Below are positions 42,718-51,720 of a DNA stretch of 64,000 nt, piece by piece (the first letter of the stretch is position 1; every line of letters starts with the position of its first letter). Source of the stretch: a virus. The notes beneath the pieces are model-generated. The model was not told where the DNA came from, made no database searches, and saw nothing but the letters and a program-made list of their open reading frames with translations. The DNA lies in IMG/VR virus record IMGVR_UViG_3300045942_000110; one strand, written 5' to 3'. A program made the translations under genes and the position numbers.

Positions 42718-42928
42718 CTCACGCGAGCAGGTGGAGATTGAGCTGCGCGTCGCGAAGCACTCCGTCCAGGTCGACAGCCAACGCTCGGAGCGCTACTACG
42801 CGCTGGCCCACAAGCGGAAGAAAGGCGCGACCCGCAAGGCGCGCTTCTACGGCGCCGAGGCGCGGAAGGGACTGCTCATGGTCGACCTGCTGGAGAAGAA
42901 GCTCAGTCGTATGGAGGTCATCGCATGA
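42710..42928 (+). CDS. hypothetical basic protein
   Basis: ATG overlapping the upstream gene by 8 nt. Confidence 0.55.
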   Translation: MPDSREQVEIELRVAKHSVQVDSQRSERYYALAHKRKKGATRKARFYGAEARKGLLMVDLLEKKLSRMEVIA

Positions 42929-43314
42929 CCCTCCAGCAGAGCCTGCAGCGCATCCGCTCGCACTTCGCGGCTCACCTCGACGTGGCGATCGCCGACGAGA
43001 ACCAGATGCAGGCGAAGGGTGCCACGGATCTGCTGGGTGACGTCGACGTTGTGGCCTCAGCGCTGTCCATTCCGCCCGCCGGCGACGTACGCGAAGCGCT
43101 GGCGAAAGCGTGGTCGGCACATCGCCCAACCGCGCGCAACGGGTGGTCGGGGTGTACGTGCGGCGAAGAGAACCCGGGTCTCACGATGAATCTCGACCGC
43201 TGGCACGAGACGCACCTCCTGGCGTCGATGGCAGCCGAGGTTCGCCCGCGCGGGACGGTCACCGAACCCGACGACGAGTCCCTCACGTTCCAGCAGTACG
43301 TCGATGGCACGTGA
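42925..43314 (+). CDS. hypothetical protein
   Basis: ATGA coupling. Confidence 0.6.
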   Translation: MTLQQSLQRIRSHFAAHLDVAIADENQMQAKGATDLLGDVDVVASALSIPPAGDVREALAKAWSAHRPTARNGWSGCTCGEENPGLTMNLDRWHETHLLASMAAEVRPRGTVTEPDDESLTFQQYVDGT

Positions 43315-43480
43315 CGTGGACACGCTCTTCCTCATCGGTCACGGTGAGCCATTCCCGGTGACGGTGCTCACGCGTGCGCACCGCCACAACGACCAGACCT
43401 GCTTGATATCCACCCTCGCCGGCTACACGGCGCGCGTTCGCGCTGACGAGCTGAAGACCCTGAAGGAGTACCTCGGATGA
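43304..43480 (+). CDS. hypothetical small protein (58 aa, below ORF-track cutoff)
   Basis: My translation is MARDVDTLFLIGHGEPFPVTVLTRAHRHNDQTCLISTLAGYTARVRADELKTLKEYLG. Its stop is in an ATGA overlap with the ligase start. Confidence 0.55.
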   Translation: MARDVDTLFLIGHGEPFPVTVLTRAHRHNDQTCLISTLAGYTARVRADELKTLKEYLG

Positions 43481-44493
43481 ACCTGATCAAGCCGATGAAG
43501 ATGACCGACGTCCCCGTGACGACGGCGGAGCAGTACATCACCGACCCGTCGTGGGTGATGGAGCAGAAGATGGACGGCGCCCGAGCGCTGGTGAGCTGGT
43601 CTCTTTCGGAAGGCTTCACCTGGCAGGCGTCCGGCGGCGGTCCGCTGAAGTTCGCCGCGGCGGTGCAGCACTTCGAGGTGATCGAGGCGGAGCTGATTCG
43701 GGTGTTCGGTCGCGCGGGTGTCGTTGACGTCGTGCTCGACGCTGAGCTGATCGTCGAAGACGCCGAGCTGCGGGTGTTCGACGTGGTGCGTGCTGTCGAC
43801 ATGGCTGGTCGAGTGTTCGTCGGCCCTGACAGCGTGACGGCGTACCGCCTTGGGGTACGTGACGGGCTGATCCCTGACAACCTGCGCGTGATGTTGGATC
43901 ACGTCAAGATCGTGCGTACAGCGTGGATAGAGAAAGACAAGCGCTCGATGTGGGAAGACATCAACGCCGCCGGCGTCGAAGGCGCGATGGTGAAGGAGCT
44001 CGGCGGCGTGTACGAGCCGGGTGTGCGCACGAAGAGCGTGCTCAAGCTCAAGCTGGTGAAGACCGTCGACGCGATCGTCACGGCCGTCGACCGGAAGTTC
44101 GACCACAAAGGCATGGTCACGCACGGCTCGGCCGACCTCGCGCTCATGATCCGTCCCGAGCAGGACCCGCTGCCGTACGTCAGCAAGGTCACGGGGAAGC
44201 GCATCACTGCTGAGGCGTACGACCAGGGGCTTTTCCACGGCACCGCCGCTCAGAAAGCCCGGGCGTTGGCTCACGAGCTTGCTCCCCGGGAGCGGATCCA
44301 GGTCGGCGCTGCGAGCCTGATCGGCAAGGATCTCACGATCGACGTCGGCGACGTGGTGGAGGTCGCATACCTCTACTGGGGCGGCGGTGCCCTCGTGCAG
44401 CCCCGCATCCTGCGCAAGCGTCTGCCGGAGGAGAAGCTCCCGGACGACTGCCACATGGACCAGGTGCCGGCATACTCGCGACGGGCGGTGTGA
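43477..44493 (+). CDS. ATP-dependent DNA ligase
   Basis: Adenylation motif I EQKMDGAR (KxDG). EGAMVKE and KLK motifs, plus a C-terminal OB-like region. Confidence 0.85.
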   Translation: MNLIKPMKMTDVPVTTAEQYITDPSWVMEQKMDGARALVSWSLSEGFTWQASGGGPLKFAAAVQHFEVIEAELIRVFGRAGVVDVVLDAELIVEDAELRVFDVVRAVDMAGRVFVGPDSVTAYRLGVRDGLIPDNLRVMLDHVKIVRTAWIEKDKRSMWEDINAAGVEGAMVKELGGVYEPGVRTKSVLKLKLVKTVDAIVTAVDRKFDHKGMVTHGSADLALMIRPEQDPLPYVSKVTGKRITAEAYDQGLFHGTAAQKARALAHELAPRERIQVGAASLIGKDLTIDVGDVVEVAYLYWGGGALVQPRILRKRLPEEKLPDDCHMDQVPAYSRRAV

Positions 44494-44494
44494 C

Positions 44495-45082
44495 ATGGGA
44501 CGCGATCAGCTGAGCGAGCGCATGGCGGACCACGGTCTGCCGGGTCCGGGCACAGAGTCCTCCGGTGAGGCAACGACGAATCGGCTCTGGAACGAGGCCC
44601 AGAATCTCGCCTACCGTGCGGAGCGGGTCTACGACCTGCTCACACGCATGGAGACGTCGCAGGTCATCAATGACCTGGGGTGGCAGAAGGTTCGTGGACA
44701 GCTGCTGGGCCTGATGCGCGGAGGCGTCAGCGTCCCGGATGTCGAGAAGGTACTCGGCGTCAAGGCGCACCCGATCGGCATTGGCGAGGCCCTTCGCAAG
44801 TTGACCGAGAAGGAGCCGGACCTGCAGGTGCAGGACAACCCCGGGCTCATCATGGTCAACAACAAGCTGGTCGAGGTGGCGTCGACCGCCCGGGAGGATG
44901 CGGAGGAACTGGTGTTCTGGCTGACAATCGACCACCTCGATGAGGGCTGGGTAGAGTTCCGCAACCCGACCGACAAGAGCGCGCAGCTGGTGGGCATGAA
45001 CCGCACGACGTGGAACGCCCTCGGGTCGCCCTCGCGCATCCAGGCCGTGATCACCGACCAGCTGAAGGTGGACGAGTCGTGA
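44495..45082 (+). CDS. hypothetical protein
   Basis: ATG 2 nt after the ligase stop. Confidence 0.6.
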   Translation: MGRDQLSERMADHGLPGPGTESSGEATTNRLWNEAQNLAYRAERVYDLLTRMETSQVINDLGWQKVRGQLLGLMRGGVSVPDVEKVLGVKAHPIGIGEALRKLTEKEPDLQVQDNPGLIMVNNKLVEVASTAREDAEELVFWLTIDHLDEGWVEFRNPTDKSAQLVGMNRTTWNALGSPSRIQAVITDQLKVDES

Positions 45083-45327
45083 GCATTGTGCCGATCATGG
45101 TCGCGCGCACAGGCAAGCTGACGTGGACGGCCGTTGGTCCGGTCTGGGGTCACAACGACGATTGCGACCGTGAGAGCTGTGGTGTCGACGGTACGGCGTG
45201 GCACGTGGGGTTCATGGCCAGGAGTCACGTAGGCCCGCGTCACGCTTTCCAGCGCGCGGTGCGGGCGTATCAGGAGGGCAAAGAGGCTGAGGTGGCCCGT
45301 GTCGAAGCTCAAGAGAGAGGGGCCTGA
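45079..45327 (+). CDS. hypothetical protein
   Basis: GTGA coupling. Confidence 0.55.
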   Translation: MSIVPIMVARTGKLTWTAVGPVWGHNDDCDRESCGVDGTAWHVGFMARSHVGPRHAFQRAVRAYQEGKEAEVARVEAQERGA

Positions 45328-45328
45328 G

Positions 45329-45634
45329 ATGGGCCTGAAGTACCTGTCCCCGCTGACCTACAGCCGTGCGCACACGCAGGAGCTCGATCGGCTGATCGAC
45401 ACCGTGCGTGAGACTCAGGAGCCGTTCCACGGCGAGCGCTATTGGGAGCGCACCGAGGAAGAGCGCCGTCGAGAGAAGCCCGTGGCTGCTGCGATGGAGG
45501 CGGCGATGCTCTTCCTCGGAGGGTCCAAGAGCGCGTTCCGATGCGACTGCGGTGGCAACGTCTTCACGAAGCTCGGGCCCACCCGCTACCAGTGCAACAG
45601 CTGCTCGGCGATCTACGAGGGTGCGTCCGAGTGA
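45329..45634 (+). CDS. zinc-ribbon protein
   Basis: CDCGGNVF...YQCNSCSAIY. ATG after gagagagggg. Confidence 0.6.
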   Translation: MGLKYLSPLTYSRAHTQELDRLIDTVRETQEPFHGERYWERTEEERRREKPVAAAMEAAMLFLGGSKSAFRCDCGGNVFTKLGPTRYQCNSCSAIYEGASE

Positions 45635-45843
45635 GCGCGGTCGACGAGCGCCCGAGGATATACCGGGGCCGCACGCTGGTTCATGTAGAGGCTTCGCTGG
45701 ACTCTGCTATCACGTGGGCCCAAGGGTGGACCACCGGGCGCCCCAACACCCTGCTCGAGGTCATACACGAACGTGAGGGCTTCCCCACGTACCTTGCGCG
45801 CGTGCGCAATGGGGTCAGCGAGCTGAGAGAGGTGAAGCGATGA
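45631..45843 (+). CDS. hypothetical protein
   Basis: GTGA coupling. Confidence 0.55.
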   Translation: MSAVDERPRIYRGRTLVHVEASLDSAITWAQGWTTGRPNTLLEVIHEREGFPTYLARVRNGVSELREVKR

Positions 45844-46307
45844 GTCTCATCGAGATAGACCTGCGCACGTCTAAGGCGCAGGAGGTGGGCGTGGCTGGTG
45901 GCCGCGACCTCCCCGTCGACCAGATGGCCTGGCGACCGGAGCTGACGGCGTTCAACGCAGAGCTGGTGTCGACCTACGCGGAGGCCCACTGCAGCGACCC
46001 GTCTCATGGTCGTCACGGGTGGACCGCCGAGATGGCGTACCGCATCCTCGAAGACGACGGCGTTCCTGGCTGGACGCTGGCTGAGCTGGATGCTCTGCAG
46101 CACGCTTTTGGGGAGCACCCGGAGGTCACGGACGCTCGAGTGTTCGAGTTGACGTGGGAAGAGCTTCTGGCGCCGGCGGATGCAGAGGTCACACCGTTGC
46201 GGGCACCGCACGTGCCGTGGCCCAAGCGCGCGGCCAAGGCCACTGCACAGTTCGGCATCGACGTCTGGAACGCGCTCGTGAACCTGTTCAGGCCGTCGTC
46301 GTGGTGA
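45840..46307 (+). CDS. hypothetical protein
   Basis: ATGA coupling. Confidence 0.65.
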   Translation: MSLIEIDLRTSKAQEVGVAGGRDLPVDQMAWRPELTAFNAELVSTYAEAHCSDPSHGRHGWTAEMAYRILEDDGVPGWTLAELDALQHAFGEHPEVTDARVFELTWEELLAPADAEVTPLRAPHVPWPKRAAKATAQFGIDVWNALVNLFRPSSW

Positions 46308-46720
46308 CGCCCGTGAAGTTCACGCACGAGCTGCGGCAGACGTTCCAGCAGATCACCGGCGAGCCGGGAGAGAACCGGGGTGTGCGCCGGCGGGAGCTGA
46401 TGCAGGAGTACATCGTGCGCGCGTCCCAGGGCGCCGTCTTGTTGCGTGTGGTCATCCAGCTGGACACCGACGTGGTCGTGGCGCAGCGAGGCCGCTACAA
46501 GGCTGTGGAGCCCCGTGCGGTGAGCAGTCACTTCACGCATCGGATCAACGACTGGTGGATCGACAGCGACAAGTGCGACGTGCTCGCGCAGGGGCACTGC
46601 TATGGCGACACCGGCTACATGGTCGCCGGCGAGGTCTGGGCGTCGTTCTGTGAGGACGAGGCTCTCGGGTGGAAGCACCTCGAGGACATCTACAACGAGT
46701 GGAGGAAGAAAGATGGCTGA
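46304..46720 (+). CDS. hypothetical protein
   Basis: GTGA coupling. Confidence 0.6.
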   Translation: MTPVKFTHELRQTFQQITGEPGENRGVRRRELMQEYIVRASQGAVLLRVVIQLDTDVVVAQRGRYKAVEPRAVSSHFTHRINDWWIDSDKCDVLAQGHCYGDTGYMVAGEVWASFCEDEALGWKHLEDIYNEWRKKDG

Positions 46721-47126
46721 TCGCACGCTGGTGGCGTACACCGAGCCGGAGGAGTCGGGTCCGTTCCCGGCGACGCTCAGGATCGACCGTTCGGCCGCAG
46801 GCTCGCCGGGCCTGTTCGTGACGGTGCAGAACGCCCTTGAGGAGCAGTCGACGGTGATCTTGCCCGACGGCCTAGCCGTGCTGGCGCCCGTTCTCGCGTG
46901 GCTGCTGGAGGACCCGAACGTGTACAGCCGGTACGGCTTCTATGCGCAGGCCGCCCAGGTCCACCACGAGCGGTCCAAGGACCCTGTGCCGTGGGAGGAC
47001 CTCCTGCCCAGTCAGAAGGCGTACCGGACGCTCAAGCTGCAGGAGTACGTCGAGTCGATGCTCGCGGTGGGCCAGATGCGACAGGACCAGGTCAACGGCA
47101 CGTTGCAGGTGGGACCGAAAGCGTGA
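46713..47126 (+). CDS. hypothetical protein
   Basis: ATG overlapping the upstream gene by 8 nt. Confidence 0.6.
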   Translation: MADRTLVAYTEPEESGPFPATLRIDRSAAGSPGLFVTVQNALEEQSTVILPDGLAVLAPVLAWLLEDPNVYSRYGFYAQAAQVHHERSKDPVPWEDLLPSQKAYRTLKLQEYVESMLAVGQMRQDQVNGTLQVGPKA

Positions 47127-47380
47127 GCGCCGACCACCAGCCCGTCGAGAATCTGGCCTGTCTGCAGGCGTATCCCGGGTCGCTGAAGTACGGCCACCTT
47201 AACGACTGTGCCAAGACCGGCCGGCATTGGAAGCACCAGAACAGCGACGGGAGCATCAAGTGGTGGGGTGGTGACGGGTTGACGGACGACGAGAAGGCGG
47301 AAGCTCAGCGACTGCGTGACCTCGGTCATCCAGACTACGAGAAGGCTGCGGCGTACTTCGAGAGCCAGGTGAAGAGCTGA
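47123..47380 (+). CDS. hypothetical protein
   Basis: GTGA coupling. Confidence 0.6.
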   Translation: MSADHQPVENLACLQAYPGSLKYGHLNDCAKTGRHWKHQNSDGSIKWWGGDGLTDDEKAEAQRLRDLGHPDYEKAAAYFESQVKS

Positions 47381-47559
47381 TGGCGGCGATCGACTACACC
47401 CAGCCGGCACCTCCTCGGAGCAAGGCGTGGTGCTCCGACTGCACCTGGAAGGCGTGGGGCATCTGGGCGCACACCAAGACGCGGTCCCACCTACAGGACA
47501 CGAACGGCAGTCATCTGGTGCACCTGGTGATCCCCGAAACGCCTGGTCAGGGGGCTTGA
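47380..47559 (+). CDS. hypothetical small protein (59 aa, below ORF-track cutoff)
   Basis: My translation starts MAAIDYTQPAPPRSKAWCSDCTWKAWGIWAHTKTRSH... TGATG coupling. Confidence 0.5.
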   Translation: MAAIDYTQPAPPRSKAWCSDCTWKAWGIWAHTKTRSHLQDTNGSHLVHLVIPETPGQGA

Positions 47560-47583
47560 GCTCCCCGTAGACGAGACCCAGGT

Positions 47584-47604
47584 GTGATACAATTAGTCAT
47601 ACGC
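47584..47604 (+). promoter_or_regulatory. class-1 promoter-like motif, copy E
   Basis: gtgatacaattagtcatacgc. It shares the extra upstream acccaggt with copy D. Lies 26 nt before ATG 47630. Confidence 0.6.
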
Positions 47605-47629
47605 AAGGCACCCTGACGAAAGGCCGAGC

Positions 47630-47818
47630 ATGACCACATTCAGCATCGCGAGGACACCGTCCATGCGGCCCAGCCTGCAGCACGTTCTCGATGACGAGAC
47701 CCTGCTCATGACGCTGTGCGGCCAGGACGTGACGCGCTGGTCGCGCGCCTACCAGAAGGCTCCGATCAAGGAGATCCTCTGCAAGAAGTGCGGCAAGAGC
47801 GCAGGGGTCGAGTTCTGA
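47630..47818 (+). CDS. hypothetical small protein
   Basis: First ORF after motif E. Contains a CKKCGK motif. Confidence 0.55.
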   Translation: MTTFSIARTPSMRPSLQHVLDDETLLMTLCGQDVTRWSRAYQKAPIKEILCKKCGKSAGVEF

Positions 47819-48318
47819 TGCAGACGTTCCTCCCGTTCTCCGACTTCGCCAAGAGCGCGCGCGACCTCGACCGAGCCCGTCTGCAGAAGCAGCTGCTCGA
47901 GACCCAGCAGATCATGCGCGCGATCACCGACCCGACGTACGGCTGGCAGAACCACCCGGCCGTGCGCATGTGGCGCGGCTACCCGTACGCGCTAATGCGC
48001 TACCAGGAGGCGTGCGTCGCCGAGTGGGCCGCGCGCGGCTGGACGACGATGCTCGACCAGGTCGACCGCACGCGGCGACTCCTCGAGCGCATGTCCGACG
48101 GTCCCGAGGTCACCGCGTGGTTTGGCGACCCGTCGTGGCTCGGCCACTGGGACTTCCACCACTCGCACCGCTCCAACCTTGTGCGCAAGATGCCCGAGTT
48201 CTACGCCATGAAGTACCCCGACGCTGAGCCGGATGCTCAGTACGTCTGGCCGGTCGGCCGTGACGGCACCTTGATCTACTACCGCGGGCACGAAGCGCCT
48301 CGCAGAAAGGCCGCGTGA
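47818..48318 (+). CDS. pyrimidine-dimer DNA glycosylase (endonuclease V)-like protein
   Basis: MQTFLPFSDFAKSARDLDRARLQKQLLETQQI...GWQNHPAVRMWRGY matches the conserved N-terminus of this family as I recall it. Confidence 0.6.
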   Translation: MQTFLPFSDFAKSARDLDRARLQKQLLETQQIMRAITDPTYGWQNHPAVRMWRGYPYALMRYQEACVAEWAARGWTTMLDQVDRTRRLLERMSDGPEVTAWFGDPSWLGHWDFHHSHRSNLVRKMPEFYAMKYPDAEPDAQYVWPVGRDGTLIYYRGHEAPRRKAA

Positions 48319-48575
48319 TCATGAGCGACGGCAAGTTCACTGTTTCCGACGGACTCCGTTTCCTCGACGGGCTGCGCACTTTCGCGGCAGCCCACGGGAC
48401 GGCTGAGGTCGACGAAGAGCCTGATTACGGCACACCGGGCAAGGGCGACTGGGTCTACCGCCTGCACGTTCCGCCGCAGCACACCGACGCGGTCCTGCAC
48501 GCGCTCATGGCCATCGACTACGACCTCATCGACGAGAACCGCCTCGTCATCCTCAAGGAAGGAGCGGAATCCTGA
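48315..48575 (+). CDS. hypothetical protein
   Basis: GTGA coupling (alternative ATG 48321). Confidence 0.55.
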   Translation: MIMSDGKFTVSDGLRFLDGLRTFAAAHGTAEVDEEPDYGTPGKGDWVYRLHVPPQHTDAVLHALMAIDYDLIDENRLVILKEGAES

Positions 48576-49165
48576 TGTTCGAGCAGATCACCGACCGCAC
48601 GCCCGCCCACATCGGTCTCGACCTGGAGACCACGGGCCTGAACGCCAAGCTGGATCGCATCCTCGAGGTGTCGTTCCAGCTGCTCGATGAGGACTTCGAG
48701 ATCATCCCCACTTCGGGCGCGCACACCTTCGTGGTGCGGATGACCTCGACGCACCGTGCGAAGCTCGTTGACAGCCCGGTGGCGCTCAACATGCACCAGG
48801 GCAACGGGCTCTTCCTCGACGCGCTCCATGCGCCCAAGAGCCACACGATCAAGAAGATCGACGAGCGCATCGACGTCTCCCTCCGCAACATGTACGTCCA
48901 CTTCGGAGGCTTCGAGAAGGTCGGCCGGCTGCCGCTGTTCGGCTCGTCGGTGCACTTCGATCAGGCGTTCGTGAACAACCACATGCCGATGCTCGCGAAG
49001 CTCATCCACTACCGCGTGAGCGACGTCACCTCGATGAAGGCACTGATGGTCCGCAAGGGCTGGGTCGAGCAGGAGGGCCGGCAGATCGCGCACCGCGCGG
49101 CCGACGACCTGCAGTGGTCGATCGACATCGCCCAGGAGCTGCGGGACTTCGAGGCGTCACGGTGA
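48575..49165 (+). CDS. orn: oligoribonuclease (DEDDh 3'-5' exonuclease, Orn-like)
   Basis: Collinear with E. coli Orn as I recall its sequence: GLDLETTGL..DRILEV, LFGSSVHFDQAFV..MP.L....HYRVSDVTSMK, HRAADDL. Confidence 0.85.
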   Translation: MFEQITDRTPAHIGLDLETTGLNAKLDRILEVSFQLLDEDFEIIPTSGAHTFVVRMTSTHRAKLVDSPVALNMHQGNGLFLDALHAPKSHTIKKIDERIDVSLRNMYVHFGGFEKVGRLPLFGSSVHFDQAFVNNHMPMLAKLIHYRVSDVTSMKALMVRKGWVEQEGRQIAHRAADDLQWSIDIAQELRDFEASR

Positions 49166-49428
49166 CCGGTCAGCTGGTAGAGGACTTCGGCAACGACCCG
49201 AAGGCGTTCACATGCGACCGGTGCAAGCAGCCGATCGGTGCAAACCGACCGTTCGTGTCGGCGATGGTCTACCGCCAGAGCAACGAGTGGACGCCGGAGG
49301 CAGGCTACGCGAACGAGGTCTACCTCGAGAGTGTGTTGGTCCATCTGGACCACATGATCGGAACCGGCGGTGTGCACATCCCGTACCCCGCGCCGTACGA
49401 TCCGCGTATTGACGGGCCTCGCGGATGA
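49162..49428 (+). CDS. hypothetical protein
   Basis: GTGA coupling. Contains CDRCKQ. Confidence 0.55.
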   Translation: MTGQLVEDFGNDPKAFTCDRCKQPIGANRPFVSAMVYRQSNEWTPEAGYANEVYLESVLVHLDHMIGTGGVHIPYPAPYDPRIDGPRG

Positions 49429-49604
49429 GCGATGACGGGCGTTGCCGACACTTCTACGTGTTCGCGAGCCACGCCGGCGGCAACGACATGGGTCAGTGCT
49501 TCAAGCCGCAGGGTCACAAGAAGGGTCTCCACGTCTTCGCGGACAAGCTGACCACCGAGCTGACGCAGTGGGCGACCGGCGACCAGAACGAGGTCGTCCG
49601 ATGA
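49425..49604 (+). CDS. hypothetical small protein (59 aa, below ORF-track cutoff)
   Basis: My translation starts MSDDGRCRHFYVFASHAGGNDMGQCFKPQGHKKGLHVF... ATGA coupling at both ends. Confidence 0.5.
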   Translation: MSDDGRCRHFYVFASHAGGNDMGQCFKPQGHKKGLHVFADKLTTELTQWATGDQNEVVR

Positions 49605-49714
49605 GCGCACGGCGCGCGGAGCTCGCGCTGATCATCGGCGTGCTGGTCGTGGTCATCGTCCCGGGTATCGTCGTGGCGCTGATGGGTCTCGACTGGGCGG
49701 CGGTGGCGCCGTGA
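49601..49714 (+). CDS. small membrane protein (37 aa)
   Basis: TM helix LALIIGVLVVVIVPGIVVALMGL. ATGA coupling. Confidence 0.5.
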   Translation: MSARRAELALIIGVLVVVIVPGIVVALMGLDWAAVAP

Positions 49715-49935
49715 CAGAAGAGCAGCCTGAGGTCCGCGACTTCTGGTCGATGACGGAGCAAGAGCAGCGCGACGAGATGGATGAGCTTCAGCAGGCCGCT
49801 TGGATAGCCGCGGATAACGCGTATGACGACCACGTCGAGGCGGCCGTCAAGAAGCTGAACATGACCGAAAACGAAGCTCGTGAGCTGATGGATCACCTGG
49901 CTACGGGCATGTGGTACGGAAGGGCTGCACGATGA
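49711..49935 (+). CDS. hypothetical acidic protein
   Basis: GTGA coupling. Confidence 0.55.
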   Translation: MTEEQPEVRDFWSMTEQEQRDEMDELQQAAWIAADNAYDDHVEAAVKKLNMTENEARELMDHLATGMWYGRAAR

Positions 49936-50360
49936 CTGACGACAAGCTGCGGCCGCGCAAGACGCCGTGTGCCTCGTGCCCGTACCGCCGCGACGTGGCA
50001 TCCGGCGTGTGGGACGAGAGCGAGTACGACAAGCTCGTGCAGTACGACGGCGACACCTCGGACCAGGTGGGCAAGGGCGCGTACGCCGTGTTCATGTGCC
50101 ACCAGCAGGACGGGTGCATGTGCGCGGGCTGGATCGCCGTGCACGATGCGCATGAGCTGCTGGCGCTGCGTCTCGCGAGCGACAGGGTCGACTGGCCGGC
50201 GGCCGTGCACTACAGCACGAGCGTCCCGCTGCACGAGTCCGGCGCCGCTGCACGTGAGCACGGCCTCCGAGAGCTGTACACGCCGGGCGAGAAGGCTCGG
50301 CAGACCATCGAGAAGATCGTGAAGAAGAACGGAGCGACCGGCCATGAAGTTGCTGGATAA
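49932..50360 (+). CDS. Cys-rich protein (DUF6283-like)
   Basis: PCASCPYRRD...FMCHQQDGCMCAGW. Confidence 0.6.
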   Translation: MTDDKLRPRKTPCASCPYRRDVASGVWDESEYDKLVQYDGDTSDQVGKGAYAVFMCHQQDGCMCAGWIAVHDAHELLALRLASDRVDWPAAVHYSTSVPLHESGAAAREHGLRELYTPGEKARQTIEKIVKKNGATGHEVAG

Positions 50361-50718
50361 CGACGAGATCACGTGGCTGTTGAACGTGGCCCGCCGCGTG
50401 AAGCACGAGACCGAGCACCCGACCGCGGTGGCTGCCCTCGAATGGCTCCGGGACGGGAGGCCGGACGAGCAGTGGGCTGTCAAAGACCACGGTGTCCTGC
50501 ACGCTCCGGGCTTCAAGGTCGTGGGAAGTCAGGGTGAGGCCGGTCAGCTTGCCCGCAACATGGGCACCGAGGAGAAGCCGTTCTGGCACTATGTGCCCGC
50601 GGTGCGCACGGTGGTGGAGCTTGACGGCCGCGAGTTCTACTCGGGCTGGACGCTCCGGCCCACCGAGGAGCAGCAGCGACTGAGTGGCTGGCCCGCAGAG
50701 CAGGAGTACCGAGGATGA
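50344..50718 (+). CDS. hypothetical protein
   Basis: ATG overlapping the upstream gene by 17 nt. Confidence 0.55.
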   Translation: MKLLDNDEITWLLNVARRVKHETEHPTAVAALEWLRDGRPDEQWAVKDHGVLHAPGFKVVGSQGEAGQLARNMGTEEKPFWHYVPAVRTVVELDGREFYSGWTLRPTEEQQRLSGWPAEQEYRG

Positions 50719-51197
50719 CGGACTGGACGCCCAGCACGGAGCACAAGCCCAAGCCGCCGATCGACGACGCGCGAGCACGCGAGGTCTACTCGATGGCGTC
50801 GCAGTGGCTTGGCGGTTCCGACGAGACGATCGAGCCGCGCCTTCTCGAGATCCGCAACATGCTCCGCGCGGAGTTCGACACCTGGCTGGCCGAGCACGAT
50901 CGCCGGGTGTGGGAGCAGGGCTTCGAGGCGGCCTGGCGTGCGACCGGTGAGGGCCACAACGGCGAGTGCCCTGACGAGGGCGTGTCGTGGCACAACTCCG
51001 CGGGACGCGAGGAGATGCAGCGCGTTTGGGGTATCGCGCACCCGGAGATCATTGACGGTCCGTTCCTCGGGAGCGTTGAGCAGCTAGCCGCAGCTGTGCA
51101 CATCCACAAGATCATCGAGACCGACACCGGCGCTCGCGTAGAGACCTGCTTCAAGAACCGATACGCGCCGAAGTGCGCAGACAAGGAGCTGTCATGA
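50715..51197 (+). CDS. hypothetical protein
   Basis: ATGA coupling. Confidence 0.6.
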   Translation: MTDWTPSTEHKPKPPIDDARAREVYSMASQWLGGSDETIEPRLLEIRNMLRAEFDTWLAEHDRRVWEQGFEAAWRATGEGHNGECPDEGVSWHNSAGREEMQRVWGIAHPEIIDGPFLGSVEQLAAAVHIHKIIETDTGARVETCFKNRYAPKCADKELS

Positions 51198-51484
51198 AGA
51201 CCGTGTTCAAGTACGAGCTGAATCCCGTCGCCGCCGAAGACCTCGCGGTCCTCGAGATGCCGGAAGGTGCCGAGCCGTTGGAGGTTGGCTTCCAGGGCTC
51301 CCAGCTGTGCCTGTGGGCTTTGGTCGACCCGGAGGTGACTGGTCGTGAGCAGTTCACTTTCATCGTGAAGGGCACAGACCACGAAGGTACCGACGAGCAG
51401 ATGAACTGGGAGACCTACGTCGGCACGGCGATCCACCCGCAGATCCGTCTCGTGGTACACGTCTTCTGCGTCGAGGTTGCGTGA
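51194..51484 (+). CDS. hypothetical small beta-rich phage protein
   Basis: ATGA coupling. The pattern MKTVFKYEL...LCLWALVDP...GTDHE...VVHVF recurs in small phage proteins. Confidence 0.6.
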   Translation: MKTVFKYELNPVAAEDLAVLEMPEGAEPLEVGFQGSQLCLWALVDPEVTGREQFTFIVKGTDHEGTDEQMNWETYVGTAIHPQIRLVVHVFCVEVA

Positions 51485-51720
51485 TGCTGCACGTCGACGC
51501 GCCCACCGTGCGCAAGATCGAGAAGCGGAAGCACACTCGCGTCGAGGTGGTGATCAACCTCAGCGAGCCGATGGACGCCAAGGGCTTCGGGTGGACGACG
51601 AGCTTGGCGATCAAGCGCCTGCGTGAAGAGGGTTCCTCCGAGGGCTACGACGATGAGTTCCACGTCAAGACGCAAGGCGACGATCTCGTGTTCTTCTTCA
51701 AGAAGCGGAAGACGTCGTGA
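51481..51720 (+). CDS. hypothetical protein
   Basis: GTGA coupling. Confidence 0.55.
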   Translation: MMLHVDAPTVRKIEKRKHTRVEVVINLSEPMDAKGFGWTTSLAIKRLREEGSSEGYDDEFHVKTQGDDLVFFFKKRKTS

